A DNA stretch of 55,916 bases, counting the filler, from Sphacelaria rigidula (Eukaryota), in NCBI GenBank assembly GCA_964200075.2. It is 5 parts of 5 records of this genome, joined end to end, with 100 filler letters (N's around TTAATTAATTAA, not from the genome) between each part and the next. Parts side by side here need not be neighbours in the genome. Positions count along the whole stretch, not along the records: positions 11,207 to 22,311 come from CAXNAA020005381.1; positions 22,412 to 33,513 come from CAXNAA020005382.1; 3 more parts are not named here. One strand, given 5' to 3'. Positions 11,207 to 23,146 of this stretch are shown one piece after another. The notes below the pieces were generated by a model. It did not search any database, was not told the origin of the DNA, and worked only from the letters and a program-made list of their open reading frames with translations. The position numbers and the translations under genes are program-made. Positions within the stretch are counted from its first letter, which is position 1; every line of letters begins with the position of its first letter.

Positions 11207-13283
11207 GATTCGAGCAAAGGTGGCTGAGGGCCAGACGCGACACGGGTCGAGAGGGGCTGGAGGACGAGGTAGCCCCCGATGATGACCATCATGACTGTGA
11301 TAATGGAAGTGATGGCGATGGTGATGATGGTGGTGATGACAATAGCAACTAGTCATGATGCTGGAGTCTCGAGTTGCAGTGGCGCAGTTGGAGAGTGAAA
11401 GCAATAGGTTCACATACAGGTCGGGATGCGGGCGCGAACATACGGTTCAGGGCGGGGTCGAGATGTTGTCATGTAGTATGATTCGGTGTTGCGATGGTGT
11501 GTATGGCGGGACCGTACGAAGCGATCTTGGGGGTGGATGCCAACGATTTCTCTTTCGACAGAGACATTGCCGCCTCATATATGCTCGAACCGTATAGGAA
11601 AGGTCGACGGGTATTTGCCGTACGGTTGAGTTGTGCAATAAAGTATTCACGTTGTGCATCGGCCGTCGATGCTTCAGGACAGTGGACGCCCAATCATCCG
11701 CTCGGCGCATCACTGCGTTGGCAGTGATATCCCCCCACCACGTCACTGACAGCACCTTACTGACCTCACTGACAGCAACTTGACGCCCGAGATTTTTGTC
11801 TGGACACGAGCTTCGAGATGAACAACAGTGAGAACATCGTCGACAATCGAACAAACGTTGTTATGCTCCGTCGCCCGCAGCTAATCAGGGATGGGCGGCA
11901 TGTGAAACCACGGACGCACTTCCTACTCCTCCTAAAAATTGCGCATCAGCAGTGTCGTGCGGTACTCCTGAGGGCTTTTCGTCATTCAACGGCTAGGGTC
12001 TTCAAACCTCATTTCATTGATGAACCTCATTTTATCGAATCCCCTGTTAAAGGATGAAGTCTTATGATCGCCTTGTGTTCTTCCTATCTTTCAAGCATTA
12101 CCAACAAAACAAATATTCGAGCAACTCTACACACAGACCCCACAAAAATGCCACTTGCAACCACCCTGCGTTGCTCACAGGTGCCCATTGTTTTCGTGCA
12201 TATTCCAATACGTCCCCACACCTTACATTGTAAAAAACAGCAGATCTCAAAAATACAATGAAAATTATCTCCTCAATCTTCCAACTGACATATGCAATAA
12301 CCCGAAATACCTCGTTTGCAGGTCTTCATAGTGCTTCAACAGATGCGCAAAACCCGACACCAGTCGTGGATTCCAAATTTCATTGCTAGCTGTTCTCCCC
12401 CTGCTGAAGGATTCTAGTACGAGTATCAGTGTCATTCGCTTGGTTTGGTCGGACAATCATTGTACCTGTTCCTCCCAGCTCTGACAGTAGTATCGAACTC
12501 AACAGTGATCGAAAATTTATCACTCAAACATGATGAGAGCAAACAACAGTGCACATTCCCACCCTACTCCGGGAAAACATTTTGACATGTAATTATCCAA
12601 CTCATCTGAACGCAGGTCCAGTTTCCCCCAAGCATTATCGCTTGAAAACGATGACATGCAACATCAAACAGAGCTGGCTTTCTAACGATCTGTACAGCAG
12701 AGACAAGTGCCACCGCAGCGTGCACGCATTGACAATTTTTCCTTACATAATGATACTGCAATATTCCACCAGTCCACTCAGCATATGTGACTTGTTTGAC
12801 ATCGATTTCATTTTTGACGCATCCGCGTGACCAACTGCAGCCAACCAAATCAAGTGATCTACACTTTCCGTATTCGCATCAAATGCACCTTCCCGAGGAA
12901 CCTCATTCTGAGATTTTGACTGTACTGTACTGTTCAACTACACAGGGCTCCACTGTTTTACCCTCACGTGTTACATACTGAGAGTCAGGCCAAACGTGTT
13001 CCTTACAGATCACTTTCCATGATGTGGCTATATAGCAGCTAAGGACCACCCTCGAACAGGCTTCTTGGTTGTCAGTCGGCCAAGGTTGGTAAAGGGATAA
13101 TTCAGTACCCTCCAAAGCCATTCGACGCTGGGAGGGAATCGGCACTTGCATGGAGGTGACTCCTTTGGGCAACAATTTGATCAAAATATCCGGTAGGATT
13201 GCTCTCAGGAACGGAAGCGATTCAACTTGCACCAAAACTCACTCTCTGAGATCTCACCACTACCAGGTATAGCCGATGGGGGG

Positions 13284-13442
13284 CTACTGGATAAGGACCT
13301 TTGACTTGACATCGTCCTCCGCTCGAAGCTTTTCGGCAATCTCCTTATACTCCGCTGTGGCCGTAAACTTATTAATCAGGTTTTCTCCAAGCATTTGAGT
13401 CACTTCCTGTTCTGCTTTGGCGAAAATTCGAGCTTTCGAAAC
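13284..13442 (-). CDS. Terminal exon of an RGS-domain protein (C-terminal helices of the RGS box)
   Basis: Acceptor CTACAG| then VSKARIFAKAEQEVTQMLGENLINKFTATAEYKEIAEKLRAEDDVKSKVLIQ*. It fits the RGS pattern F..A..E...ML..N....F...Y and aligns without gaps to IFRAAAGEIRLMLGQNFVSDF of the contig-5 gene. Absent from the ORF track. Confidence 0.75.
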   Translation of the reverse strand, partial: VSKARIFAKAEQEVTQMLGENLINKFTATAEYKEIAEKLRAEDDVKSKVLIQ

Positions 13443-14374
13443 CTGTAGCGGTTGATCGTCACATCGCGAGCGTCACGGGGAATTCCGTTCACAAATTAAG
13501 GGCGTTGGGTGATGCAAGGACCCGCAGAGCCGCAGTACCCTGCCGCTGGAAAGCGATGATATGAAAGACAGCTCAAACATGTTACGCATGCTGAATGCGC
13601 ACGTTTGCGTGTCGCTCTGCAACCAGCACGTGACAGAACTTGGTGTCGCCTCAAGTGTGGCCCAAGAGTGACGATTCCTCGCGTACTCGTTCTCCATTCT
13701 TCCGTCGCCAAATACTGGGCTCGCGCATGCGGTATGCAAACAGTGGACGCGGCGCACCATGCGACAGCTTTCCATGCTATATATAGGGTATAACAATATA
13801 CATTTTTCATGGCATGCTATCTCCTGTTCAAGTGTTGTTGCATGATGTTAGTAAAGGGTAAATGATGTCGTGCATGCGTGAGGTTTTTTTTCTGGGATTG
13901 TTAAACGGGAGTGGAATGACGATCTTCGAAAGTAGGCCCATTTTTATCGGCCCTTGATGGTATGCGAATAAAAATTAGTGCAAATTACAGGCGGCTTCGA
14001 CGATACTTGAGCAGTTATCGTGAGGTTAGGTCATTTGGCCAGGCGGTAGTTTTTGAGTCACGTTCCATGCTCATTCGACAGATCACTTACGCTCGCGGTC
14101 AAAGGAAAAACACTTCAACACCGCCAGGGCGGGCGGTCTGTTGAATCGACATCATCCACGTCATTTTTGAAGTGTGAATGATGCCGATTGCACAGATCAC
14201 CTAACCTAGCGGCCAAAGGATCAACATCAGAATAGTCTGAGATGCACGCACAGGTACGTGCAAACTACCAGTTACGGGTTCGGAAGCACTTTTGCATGCG
14301 GTCTCCAAAAAGCAAGAAACCTCATGCACGACTCGCGTTGGGAAAAACTGTGAGCAAAAGTGCCCCAGGGGTCC

Positions 14375-15633
14375 TGTAGACCTCTGTCACTCAAGATCAG
14401 ATTGCCATGTGGACTCCTCCCATAACGGGCACATGGACTTCAGCAGCTTTTGGTATTTATGTATTACCCTCAGCATAGTACAGGAGAACAGGACCATATA
14501 GCATCTCTCCACCAGAGTAACAAAACCAAGCCTACTCGCCATGGAGGTCACCATCACAGAGTCCGGCAATCAGACCCGCAACTCCACCTACAAAGTCCCT
14601 GACCTTAGGTAACAATGGTGGCTAGGTCTACAGCACCCCCAAAGCTCTCTACTACCAACAAGTAGTTACATCAGAGCTTGACAAACTCAGACATCATTGG
14701 TGCCTGATAGTACCGTCGTTTCCCGCAAAGAATAGCAATCTCTTCCGCTGCTTTCGACAATAGCTCCAAACAAGCTTGCCCCACTTTCGGCCGTAGTACG
14801 GCATCTCCAGCGCCAGTACAGGAACAACACGACCATCGACGATGGCATATTCCTGCGCCTCGTACATTTCAGTCAGCAGTACAGTACTCCACACGCCTTT
14901 TTGAAAAATGAAGTCGCCTCCCACTCACAGGAACAACAACTCTCTCCTTACAACGAGACGCGCTGTGCCACCGTACAAAAACAATGGCCACAGCGCCTCT
15001 TCCTCACGCAGGTCTCACAACGTGTTTGAAGTCCTTAGACTCCTCTTCCTGGCCGTACCTGGCCAAGCGTGGAACAAGCGACTCTCGCTGGCTCTACTAG
15101 GCAGTACGGTAATTGCGCCGCTTTTTTTGGAACGCGCACGGGCTCGCCAGCTGTCGGTCAACCCCCCGCACCTCTCGCACGAGCGATACCACAGCCCACC
15201 CAAGCACTGCCTCAGAACCTCCTCGGCTCTACTTCTCCAACTCCTCACGACGTTAACACGCCCTGAGCTGGTCTCGTTTGCTGCAAACTAATCAGGCCTG
15301 CAGACTTCCCTATCTTGAAATGTCAGCTGCTTTGCAGCAAAACTGCCGCCTCAGCGGACTTAATGAACGTTCATTGTAGACCTCTGTCACTCAAGATCAA
15401 ATTGCCATGTGGACTCCTCCCATCACGGGCACATGGACGTCAGCAGCTTTAGTTATTTATGTATCAATACTCAGCATAGTACAGGAGAACAGGACCATAT
15501 AGCCTCTCTCCACCAGAGTGGCAAAACCAAGCCTACTCACCACGGAGGTCACCATCACAGAGTCCGGCAATCAGACCCGCAACCCCACCTACAATGTCCC
15601 TGACCTTAGGTAACAATGGTGGTTAGGTCTACA
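14375..15633 (-). mobile_element. TRIM-like non-autonomous LTR retroelement
   Basis: Direct repeats 14375-14632 and 15375-15633 (~17 differences counted by eye, ~93% identical). Each is bounded by TGTAGACCT..AGGTCTACA. The 742-bp interior has no recognisable coding sequence. A PPT-like AGAGAGCTTTGGGGGTGC abuts the left LTR on the minus strand. No TSD seen. Confidence 0.85.
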
Positions 15634-15878
15634 TACTGTACTGTACTGTAGTGCTTTCTACATGATGTGGAATCGTAAGATATGCGGAGGATGTCCAAGT
15701 GTTACTGACGTTTTTTGTAACTGTAACTGTTGTTGGTGATTCAAGTCGAAAATTGCCGGCTGCTTCAATTCACCCTGAATTTTTATCCCCCTGCTGCGCC
15801 TGTGCCAATTACTACTGTTGCATAAACTGAGCTACCTTGGGTTATATTGCATGCTCCTCGAGTACAGCAGTGCTGTCA

Positions 15879-16542
15879 TACTCATGATCTTACATGCCGT
15901 AGTCATGCGGCCATTGACGTCGCATTCCTACAAAGCCGGGACGGAGCACGCCGGGTTTTCGCCAGACCAGGCTCGCAATCAATCACCAAGTTCGAAGCGT
16001 CGTGGTGTGTTCGACGAGTCGCATGAAGGGTGAGCTGCATCTTGCTGAGATTAATCGGCCCGGAGCCTACTGAGTATATTGCACTCGAAAGACAGCCTAC
16101 AATGAGTTGCTTTAATTTCTGGTATCGCCACTTCCAGAGACAGCCACGGCTTATACACTGCCTCATGGGTGTCTCACCATTTCAACACTACGTGGTGCGA
16201 TCATCCCCATTGTGCGGAGTTGAGGTTCTCCCACGCCGCACAACATGATCTAGCTCGACTACCATAATGGTCTCCGCGAAACAAACTCAAGCGCGCAAAC
16301 AAAAAAAACAGTAACCTGCTTGCCTAGCTTACGCAGTGAGTGGCGTGCTTCACCGCATCATTACCCACCGACACCAGGCACATGAGGGGGGCGTCTCTAC
16401 AAAGTCGAGACGGAGCACGCCGGGTTTTCGCCGGACCAGGCTCGCAATCGATCAACAAGCGCGAAGCGCTGTAATGTGTTCGGCGAGTCGCATGAATGGT
16501 GAGCTACATCCCGCTCAGATTGTTCGGCCCGTCGCGTACCGA
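15879..16542 (+). repeat. Dispersed family A: full ~520-bp copy plus tandem partial copy
   Basis: 15879-16396 runs TACTCATGATC..CATGAGGGGGGCGTCT. 16397-16542 repeats CTACAAAG..GACGGAGCACGCCGGGTTTTCGCC..GACCAGGCTCGCAATC. Confidence 0.85.
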
Positions 16543-17347
16543 TTAGGGGGAGGTGGAGGTGTAGTTGGCATTGGCATCTCCTTCATAACGTGTCGAGATA
16601 TTTTGGACACGGATCGTGAAGGATGAACTAGGCGGACGCCAAGGTGGACTGGCAGGGGTGGCTCTGGAGAGCGTTGAACTGACGCCGGTGGCGAGGCGGA
16701 GGGGGTTGAAGAGAGAAAACATCCCAATGCTCGCGTGGAGACACGTGAAGTGCAATGGTTAACCACGGAGGGGGGGGGCTCACAAACATCAGGTCAGACG
16801 TCGGCAAAAGCGAATTAAGAATGTTATTTCTGTGCCAGCTGCGGCAAGTGTGACTGGCATGAACTGCTATCGAATCAAAATTATGACGAATACAGCCGCT
16901 GTGGGGTGCATTCAATTTTTGTGGGGTCGAACATGGAAATGTTCTGCATACTCTCACCCCAATACGAGACTGAGGGGAGGGACTGAAGAGTCTGGGGGCC
17001 TCAACAAGGGCGGCAAGGTATGACCAGGAAATATTTCAAGTACGCACGCAGTGAAGGGTTTTCGAAGGGGTTTGGGGGTAATATCATGTTGGTTTGTAAT
17101 TGAAGTTGGCACATCAGACACCATGCTAACTCTGTACACACGTTCGCTACGGCCGACCCCCTTCGGGTGTTTCATCATTTTATCGGGTGAGCTCTCAGTG
17201 AGGTCTACAAGTTTTCAGGTGTACTTGAATGAAAGCGTTGGATAAAACATTAACGCTCATAGAACAGTGCTGAGTCGGTGAGCTTATATTCTGGTCAGTC
17301 AATCCATTGAACATATGTGGACTCATACTGCTACTTGATTGTCAACT

Positions 17348-17570
17348 TTTGATTGATTGTCGCACTTCAACTGATCCCCCATTGATCCCACCGCGGTACA
17401 GTGCAACGCATGATAGACGTAATCGAGATAAAACAACGCGGTAACACTCCCTGAAAAAAAGTGAACAAAAAACAGAAACGTAAGACAGACAAACACCGTA
17501 GGCTAAGAGAAAGGAAAACACATAAAACAAAAGAAGAGGAGAAAAAACAAAGACAGAAAAAAAAACACGA
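17348..17570 (-). mobile_element. Non-LTR retroelement 3' end with (CAAT)n tail, copy 3
   Basis: TTGATTGATTGTCGCACTTCAACTGATCCCC..GATAGACGT..AACACTCCCTGAA. Confidence 0.6.
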
Positions 17571-17774
17571 GAAATGGCCGGTCTCTCTCTGCGTGCGACA
17601 TGACTTCGGTGAAAAAGGTCTTGCGCAAAAAGCATAAACTCATACTCAATCGCGACAAAACAAACAGCCGTCTAAAGAGATTGCAGCGCTTCTTTCAAGT
17701 GTAAACTCACGTCATGCAAGTTACTCTACTCTGTCGTGCACTTTATACGACACCATATTAAGGTTAGATCGTAC

Positions 17775-19072
17775 CATAACGGCGACGCGGATGCCATGTA
17801 CCCCGTCGTTATACATACCCCTAGTGCATCATAGGCGGGGGGCGTCACTTTGGCATATCCGATACAGGCTGTCACTCTGTGGGCTGTCATCTTACGGTAT
17901 ATCTCATCCTGCGGTTTGTGCTGTACGTTTCCACGATGCCACCTATATACTGCGGGTTGATCATGCCTGAACACAGTCGTACTTTGTGTTGCGTGAGGTT
18001 TATTACTCCGGCTGGCGCTATCGCGTCCGGACCGTCTGTCCTCGTGGGCAGCGTTGGCGTTTCATGCAATGATACCGTAGTATTACACACCTTCTGTCTT
18101 CTTGCATGGAGGACCGTAGCATCGTTATCCAGCTACACTGGACGGTAGTGAAGTCTGTTTACTGGCTGTCAATGTAGTTGGGTTAGGCTGGTTGCGAAAG
18201 GCTGTCCCGGTCGGCTGTCGACCATTCACTAGTATATCGCCTGTGTGGACGCTTGCAATCCCGTCCACCTGGTGTTTCCTATAGAATCCTGCGTGCCTTG
18301 CAGCATTTTCTCTTGCCGCGGTTACTGTGTTGACGTCCGGTAGGCGAGTGAGGGTGTGTGTGAGCGCAAGGGCAGTGGGCTACCCCAACCGCTCTTGCAG
18401 CTTTTTCTGCGAAACATCTAGCAGCATCCTGGCCGTGCTTCTCAGACACTTCTTCCAGCTGAACGTTAGTTGCATATGGGTCGCTCTTCAGTGATTCCAC
18501 ATGTGGTGACGGGATTTCCACTTGCTCGGTCATATCATTGTCGCCGTTTAGTGTGGCTTCCTACGCTCGCAAAGTCTTGATGATACAGCCCACTAAAACG
18601 GTGTACCATTCTAATTTCAAGTATACCTGTGCATTACTCTAAGTTCAAGTATAATGATGTGGCAGATTCGTCAACCGAACTCAAATTGACGTTTTTCCCA
18701 CTGACAAAGATCACATATGGGAGTTTGTGCTGTTTTGCGAGAGTTCTGCCGATGTATACAACTGGACACACTTCGCTCGTTGCGTGACATTGTTGGACAA
18801 ACCCAACCTGACCGCCCCGGGGCCTCATTTTCGGTGCGCATCCATGACATATGCTTCTGGAGTCTTCTTTGTTCCTCCAGAGTAAAACCGGTTGCCGTCT
18901 GTCTTTTCTGTTCGCATATTTTCTTCTTTGTCAGAACATGAAATAAAGAGGCGTCTGGCCCGGGGACGGGAGAGGAGGGTTCCAACAGGGTCAAGTGTAG
19001 ATACTGGAATGCAGCGTGGTCCATCTACATCCCATACAATATAAGGCTGTGTAAAGGCTAGACAACGACCTT
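17775..19072. mobile_element. Decayed ~1.3-kb element, homologous to 29948-31013
   Basis: Colinear blocks shared with contig 3: GGCGACGCRGAYGCCATGT; TATACYGCGGGTTGATC; TGGACACACTTC..TCGTTGCGTG..TTGGACAAAC; GGTTGCCGTC. Both copies end in CC-TTA. Confidence 0.6.
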
Positions 19073-19150
19073 ACACTGAAGGGCCGGCCGCACGAATAAC
19101 CCCCCCCCCACCGCCCCACCCATCAACCCCTACTATTTTTATTACCAATT

Positions 19151-19448
19151 TGTCGCTTTTTAAACCTCTCCCCTTCCTCGGGATGAGTCCGTGGTCTCCA
19201 GGGATCAACCCATCTCTCCCCGGTACACGTTTGGAATTTTGGTGTCGCGGATTGGGTCATGACTATCAGCACTCCCGCACCGCGTCAACTCACGTGAAAC
19301 AAACTCAGTCAACTACTTTGTTTACTCACGTTCTCACACTTTCCACGGTGGGAATCAGATACTAGAAAGAAAAAACCCAACGCATCGGGAATCGAACCCG
19401 CGTCTCTCCACCCTAATGGCGACAGTCGGACCATCACACCACCGGGGC
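19151..19448 (-). mobile_element. tRNA-derived SINE
   Basis: Head with A box TGGTGTGATGG and B box GGTTCGATTCC but no acceptor stem. The ~220-bp body ends GGACTCATCCCGAGGAAGGGGAGAGG..GCGACA and is shared with 3362-3450, 26055-26255 and 37902-38184. Confidence 0.8.
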
Positions 19449-20742
19449 GCGGCACCCCTGGAACCACCGAATGCCAACTCTACAGGCTTTGATGCCTTGT
19501 GCAACTTTTCGGATACAATTGACGTAGCGCAGGATATCCTGGCATGTGGTTCCAGCACAGCGGTATTTATGACGGTGCTGCCCAGGCATATTTCGAAAAT
19601 TGTCAAGTCAAGAGCGATAATTGGGCCATCTTCCCCACACGGTATCTGCCTTTACCCAGGGGGCGTTTAAAGGACGAGGTTCATATGGACCTGCCGGACT
19701 TTTGCAATAGAATTTTGATGATGCCCAGGCGATGTCCATTGCCTTGCGGACGTAGGAAGCGATGTGTGACGAGAGTAGCGGCAGTCTGTCGCAACCACGG
19801 AGATGGTCCGCTCGGGGTGAGTGGTGAGCACGAGATCACCGACAAACTCCGCCGCCCTTCGTCTAATGCTAATTCATTGCCCTGATGCGTCGATTTTACT
19901 TTGCCCCTCACATTATATACTGTAGCACAGGCTGCTTCACGGATGTGATACCAACATTTTGATATCCGCAAAAGTCGACGCCGTTTCTTGGAGTTAGATT
20001 CTGAAAATTCGCACACGAATACTATGGTCCATTAGGAAACTTTTGTACGCACGGGTTTCCTTATAAATTCTTCGCCGGTTATCGGGAGTCCAAGGGTCCT
20101 GGGGAGTCACATGCCATTCTGGAACCCCGAAAACAGCAGAAAAAGGCCCATCCATCGAAAGTTTCATAATGACCCATTGTATATGTATGCATTTTTTCAG
20201 AGTCTAAGTACAAGAATCGACGTGAGCACTCGGGCCTTTGTACGACGAAGTGAGCTTGGAAGGGAAAACTTTAAACTACTTACGTTTAGTGTAGAAGTGA
20301 CTTTTTCGGGTACAGTTAAGCCTTAAACAGCAGCCCACCCGCAGGTGGACTGAGAGGGACTACGCCACACTTTGGGTTCAGAACAGCTTTTTCCCCGCAA
20401 CACAAAACGCCTTTTTTTTATGAACATGTGCATGTTGGGCATCTGTATAGAAAAAGTAGCGGAGAACCCCTGATCGGTTTTCATCCTGCGGTCTATTGCG
20501 TGCAGAGTCAGTATGTGTGCTGCATGTCTTCGCTGGATGCAATGGCAAGAAGCAGTCAGCGCACCATCGCTCTGCACGGAACACACTCTACTGCACGCTG
20601 CTGATGCCAATGCTTAGTGTTCCACGATAACACTGCAGCTATGCCGGCAATACATGAGGGGTCAAGCAGGCGGCATAGGCCACGACCAGAGTAAAAAGCA
20701 CGCGATGTGTGCCCATGTTATCTTTAATTTCATTGCCTTCAA

Positions 20743-21745
20743 GACCGCTTCTTACAGACTGAAGAAAGTCACTGAAAGCAGTCTTTTTGGTCAGTTTCCA
20801 GAGACTTTTTTCATAACGCGACCTTATAGGGCCATTTTTCATTAGAAAAGTATCTGGAAACTGCGAGCCGTTTCCAGAAAGCGAGATTTTTCCAAATCTC
20901 GCTGAGAAAAGCCGTCAGTTTCTAGTGAGATCAAACTGCTTGGAAGGTGACATTCCATCACACAACCCTCGCACACCGCACCCGCAAAAGTACAGTCAGT
21001 GCTTCATCACGCACTCCGCGTATACAAGTGTTGTACAGTCAGTGCAAAAGTAGCTGCGCACGTTGTATGTACAGTACCGTAGCAGCAGCATATCTGCTGC
21101 AGCACTCCGTGCATCCTTTTCATGAACGTAGGACCTGGGACAGTCAAAAACAGTCAGTACAGTGCTTTTTCGTCGGCAGCATTACTACTAAAATATAGCA
21201 CGTGTCGCCCCTGCTGGCTGTACTGACTGCTCTGCTTGTATCGTTTCAAACTCGTCGCACCCGCCACCGGTTGCGAACTCTGTAGTATTCTGTGTACTGA
21301 GACGATTGCTACCGCATTACTGACTGTCACGTGAGTTTGTTGTGTGCGGTATGGCACAAACCACAACCGTACTGCTGCACACTGCACCGCTTGCGACACT
21401 TCTACTGTACCAAGCAGCCGTCGGCTGAGGTAAGGATTGTTACGCCTGTCATTTCGATCCCTATTATACCAGTAGCTACTGTGTGTCCGCGCGCGCGTGT
21501 GTGTGTTGCCATCCAATCCATCCTGTACCTGGACGGGATTACGTGTTAGTCTACCGCAGGTGGCATAAGCACAAAATCTCCACGCAGGCTAGATAACGGG
21601 CTCGGGTGTACAAACTCCCAGTTTTTTTTTCTTCTATAGACTATAAGGTGGGGTTTTGACAACCGACTTCTCTGAAAAAAGTCACTGAGAAAAGTCGTCC
21701 GCCCGAACTTTTTTTAGTGACATTTTCAATCTATAAGAAGCGGCC
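20743..21745. mobile_element. ~1-kb non-autonomous TIR element with the same terminal core as 771-1284
   Basis: GACCGCTTCTTACAGACTGAAGAAAGTCACTGAAA vs rc of right end GGCCGCTTCTTATAGATTGAAAATGTCACTAAAA. Confidence 0.55.
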
Positions 21746-22311
21746 TCACCAAAATAATAAATACGGAACAGCGAAGTAGTCCAACTGTAGTCGACCTGCA
21801 AGGGAACAAAGTGACCATTTTGATAGCCGTGGTTGGTCAGAATGGTCACGCGGCGCCTCTCCGGCCTCGTTCCTAGCTGATAATTTTCCAGAGGAAACTT
21901 TCCACGGTTCGGACGAATCATCGCCGCTTCGATTCACCAAATCCACGATTTTTCAGGCCTGACTGTCCAAAAAAGAGCAAAAAGTTAACCGCTGGTCAAA
22001 AGGGTCTCCACGCAAATTTTGCGCCATTCCACGTGCCTGGGCTGCGCGTACCTGGGTTGCATCGCTGAAAACAAAGCCGAAGGACTGATTCGCATGGTAT
22101 GAATCAATGACACTAAGATCACGTAATTTCCAGACGAATCATTAATTCGTCCGCCCCTTGAAACTTTCAAACACACATGGTTGACTTGGTAAGCTTTTTT
22201 ACTGTTCTGTGAACAGGCCACCGCCGCCCTGTCAATAGCAAACGCAGCCCACGCCCCGCCAGCGCGCGCCCAGAACAAGGGGACACAAGTCAAGCCGCGC
22301 ACGCCCCCCAT

Positions 22312-22411
22312 NNNNNNNNNNNNNNNNNNNNNNNNNNNNNNNNNNNNNNNNNNNNTTAATTAATTAANNNNNNNNNNNNNNNNNNNNNNNNNNNNNNNNN
22401 NNNNNNNNNNN
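22312..22411. other. Artificial contig spacer
   Basis: 44N-TTAATTAATTAA-44N. Confidence 0.98.
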
Positions 22412-22869
22412 CGACGAAAGCACGGTAGACCATGAACATCACAGAGTAACACGATGCTGCGTGCGGCTCACCCCGACTAAATGTACGCAGCCGACCGTCT
22501 CTGCCCGTAACCCCATCCCCACCCTCGATCAACGATCTCTTCCTCCTTCTCCTTACGCTCCGGGCCGTCAGTAGTGTGCACTCCGTTTCCGGCACTCGTC
22601 AGTCATCTCACTTTGGGCCGCTGCTGTTGCGGGCATCTGCCTCTTTCCTTCGTTCTTGGGTTTGATGGTATACTCGCCTCGAAGCTTCCGCTGCAATGGA
22701 GCAACACCCCCTCCCCACATCGGCAGACTACAAGTTGTCTGCTGTCCGCTGTGCGGCATTTGTATGTACACTGTGCGTGTGTGTGTGTTGTCGTCTTATC
22801 TATTCTGGACGCCGGTCTCGACATGTTGGTATATGTCGGCGCATAAGCCTGTCACACACACAGAAGGTC

Positions 22870-23146
22870 CGTGTTCAGGTTTTGAAACTAAAAAACACTG
22901 CATACTGCCGTGTTGTCTGGTGTTGAGTGTAGTAGTCTGTACTCCATACACCACTACAAAAGTATCTTGTTTTGAGTGTACTGGCCTGTACTCAAGACAT
23001 TGGGGTCATGGTTCGAGCAGTTTTTCAAAAAGTTCTGCTCGTTTTTCAAAACGTATTCCGAAGCAAACGAGAGTGCTTTCTGCCACAGAAATCTAATGCC
23101 GAATCTGGAATAGCCCGAGACAACAACCAATTTGAACATTGGAATC
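22870..23146 (+). repeat. Dispersed ~280-bp repeat (second copy at 35012-35295)
   Basis: AAAACACTG..TGCCGTGTTGTCT..TGGGGTCATGGTTYGAGCAGTTTTT..GAGACAACAACCAATTTGAA.ATTGGAAT in both copies. Confidence 0.85.

Noticed and set aside
19378-19448. tRNA gene
   Set aside because: A and B boxes are present but the acceptor stem cannot pair, and the sequence continues into a multi-copy SINE body.
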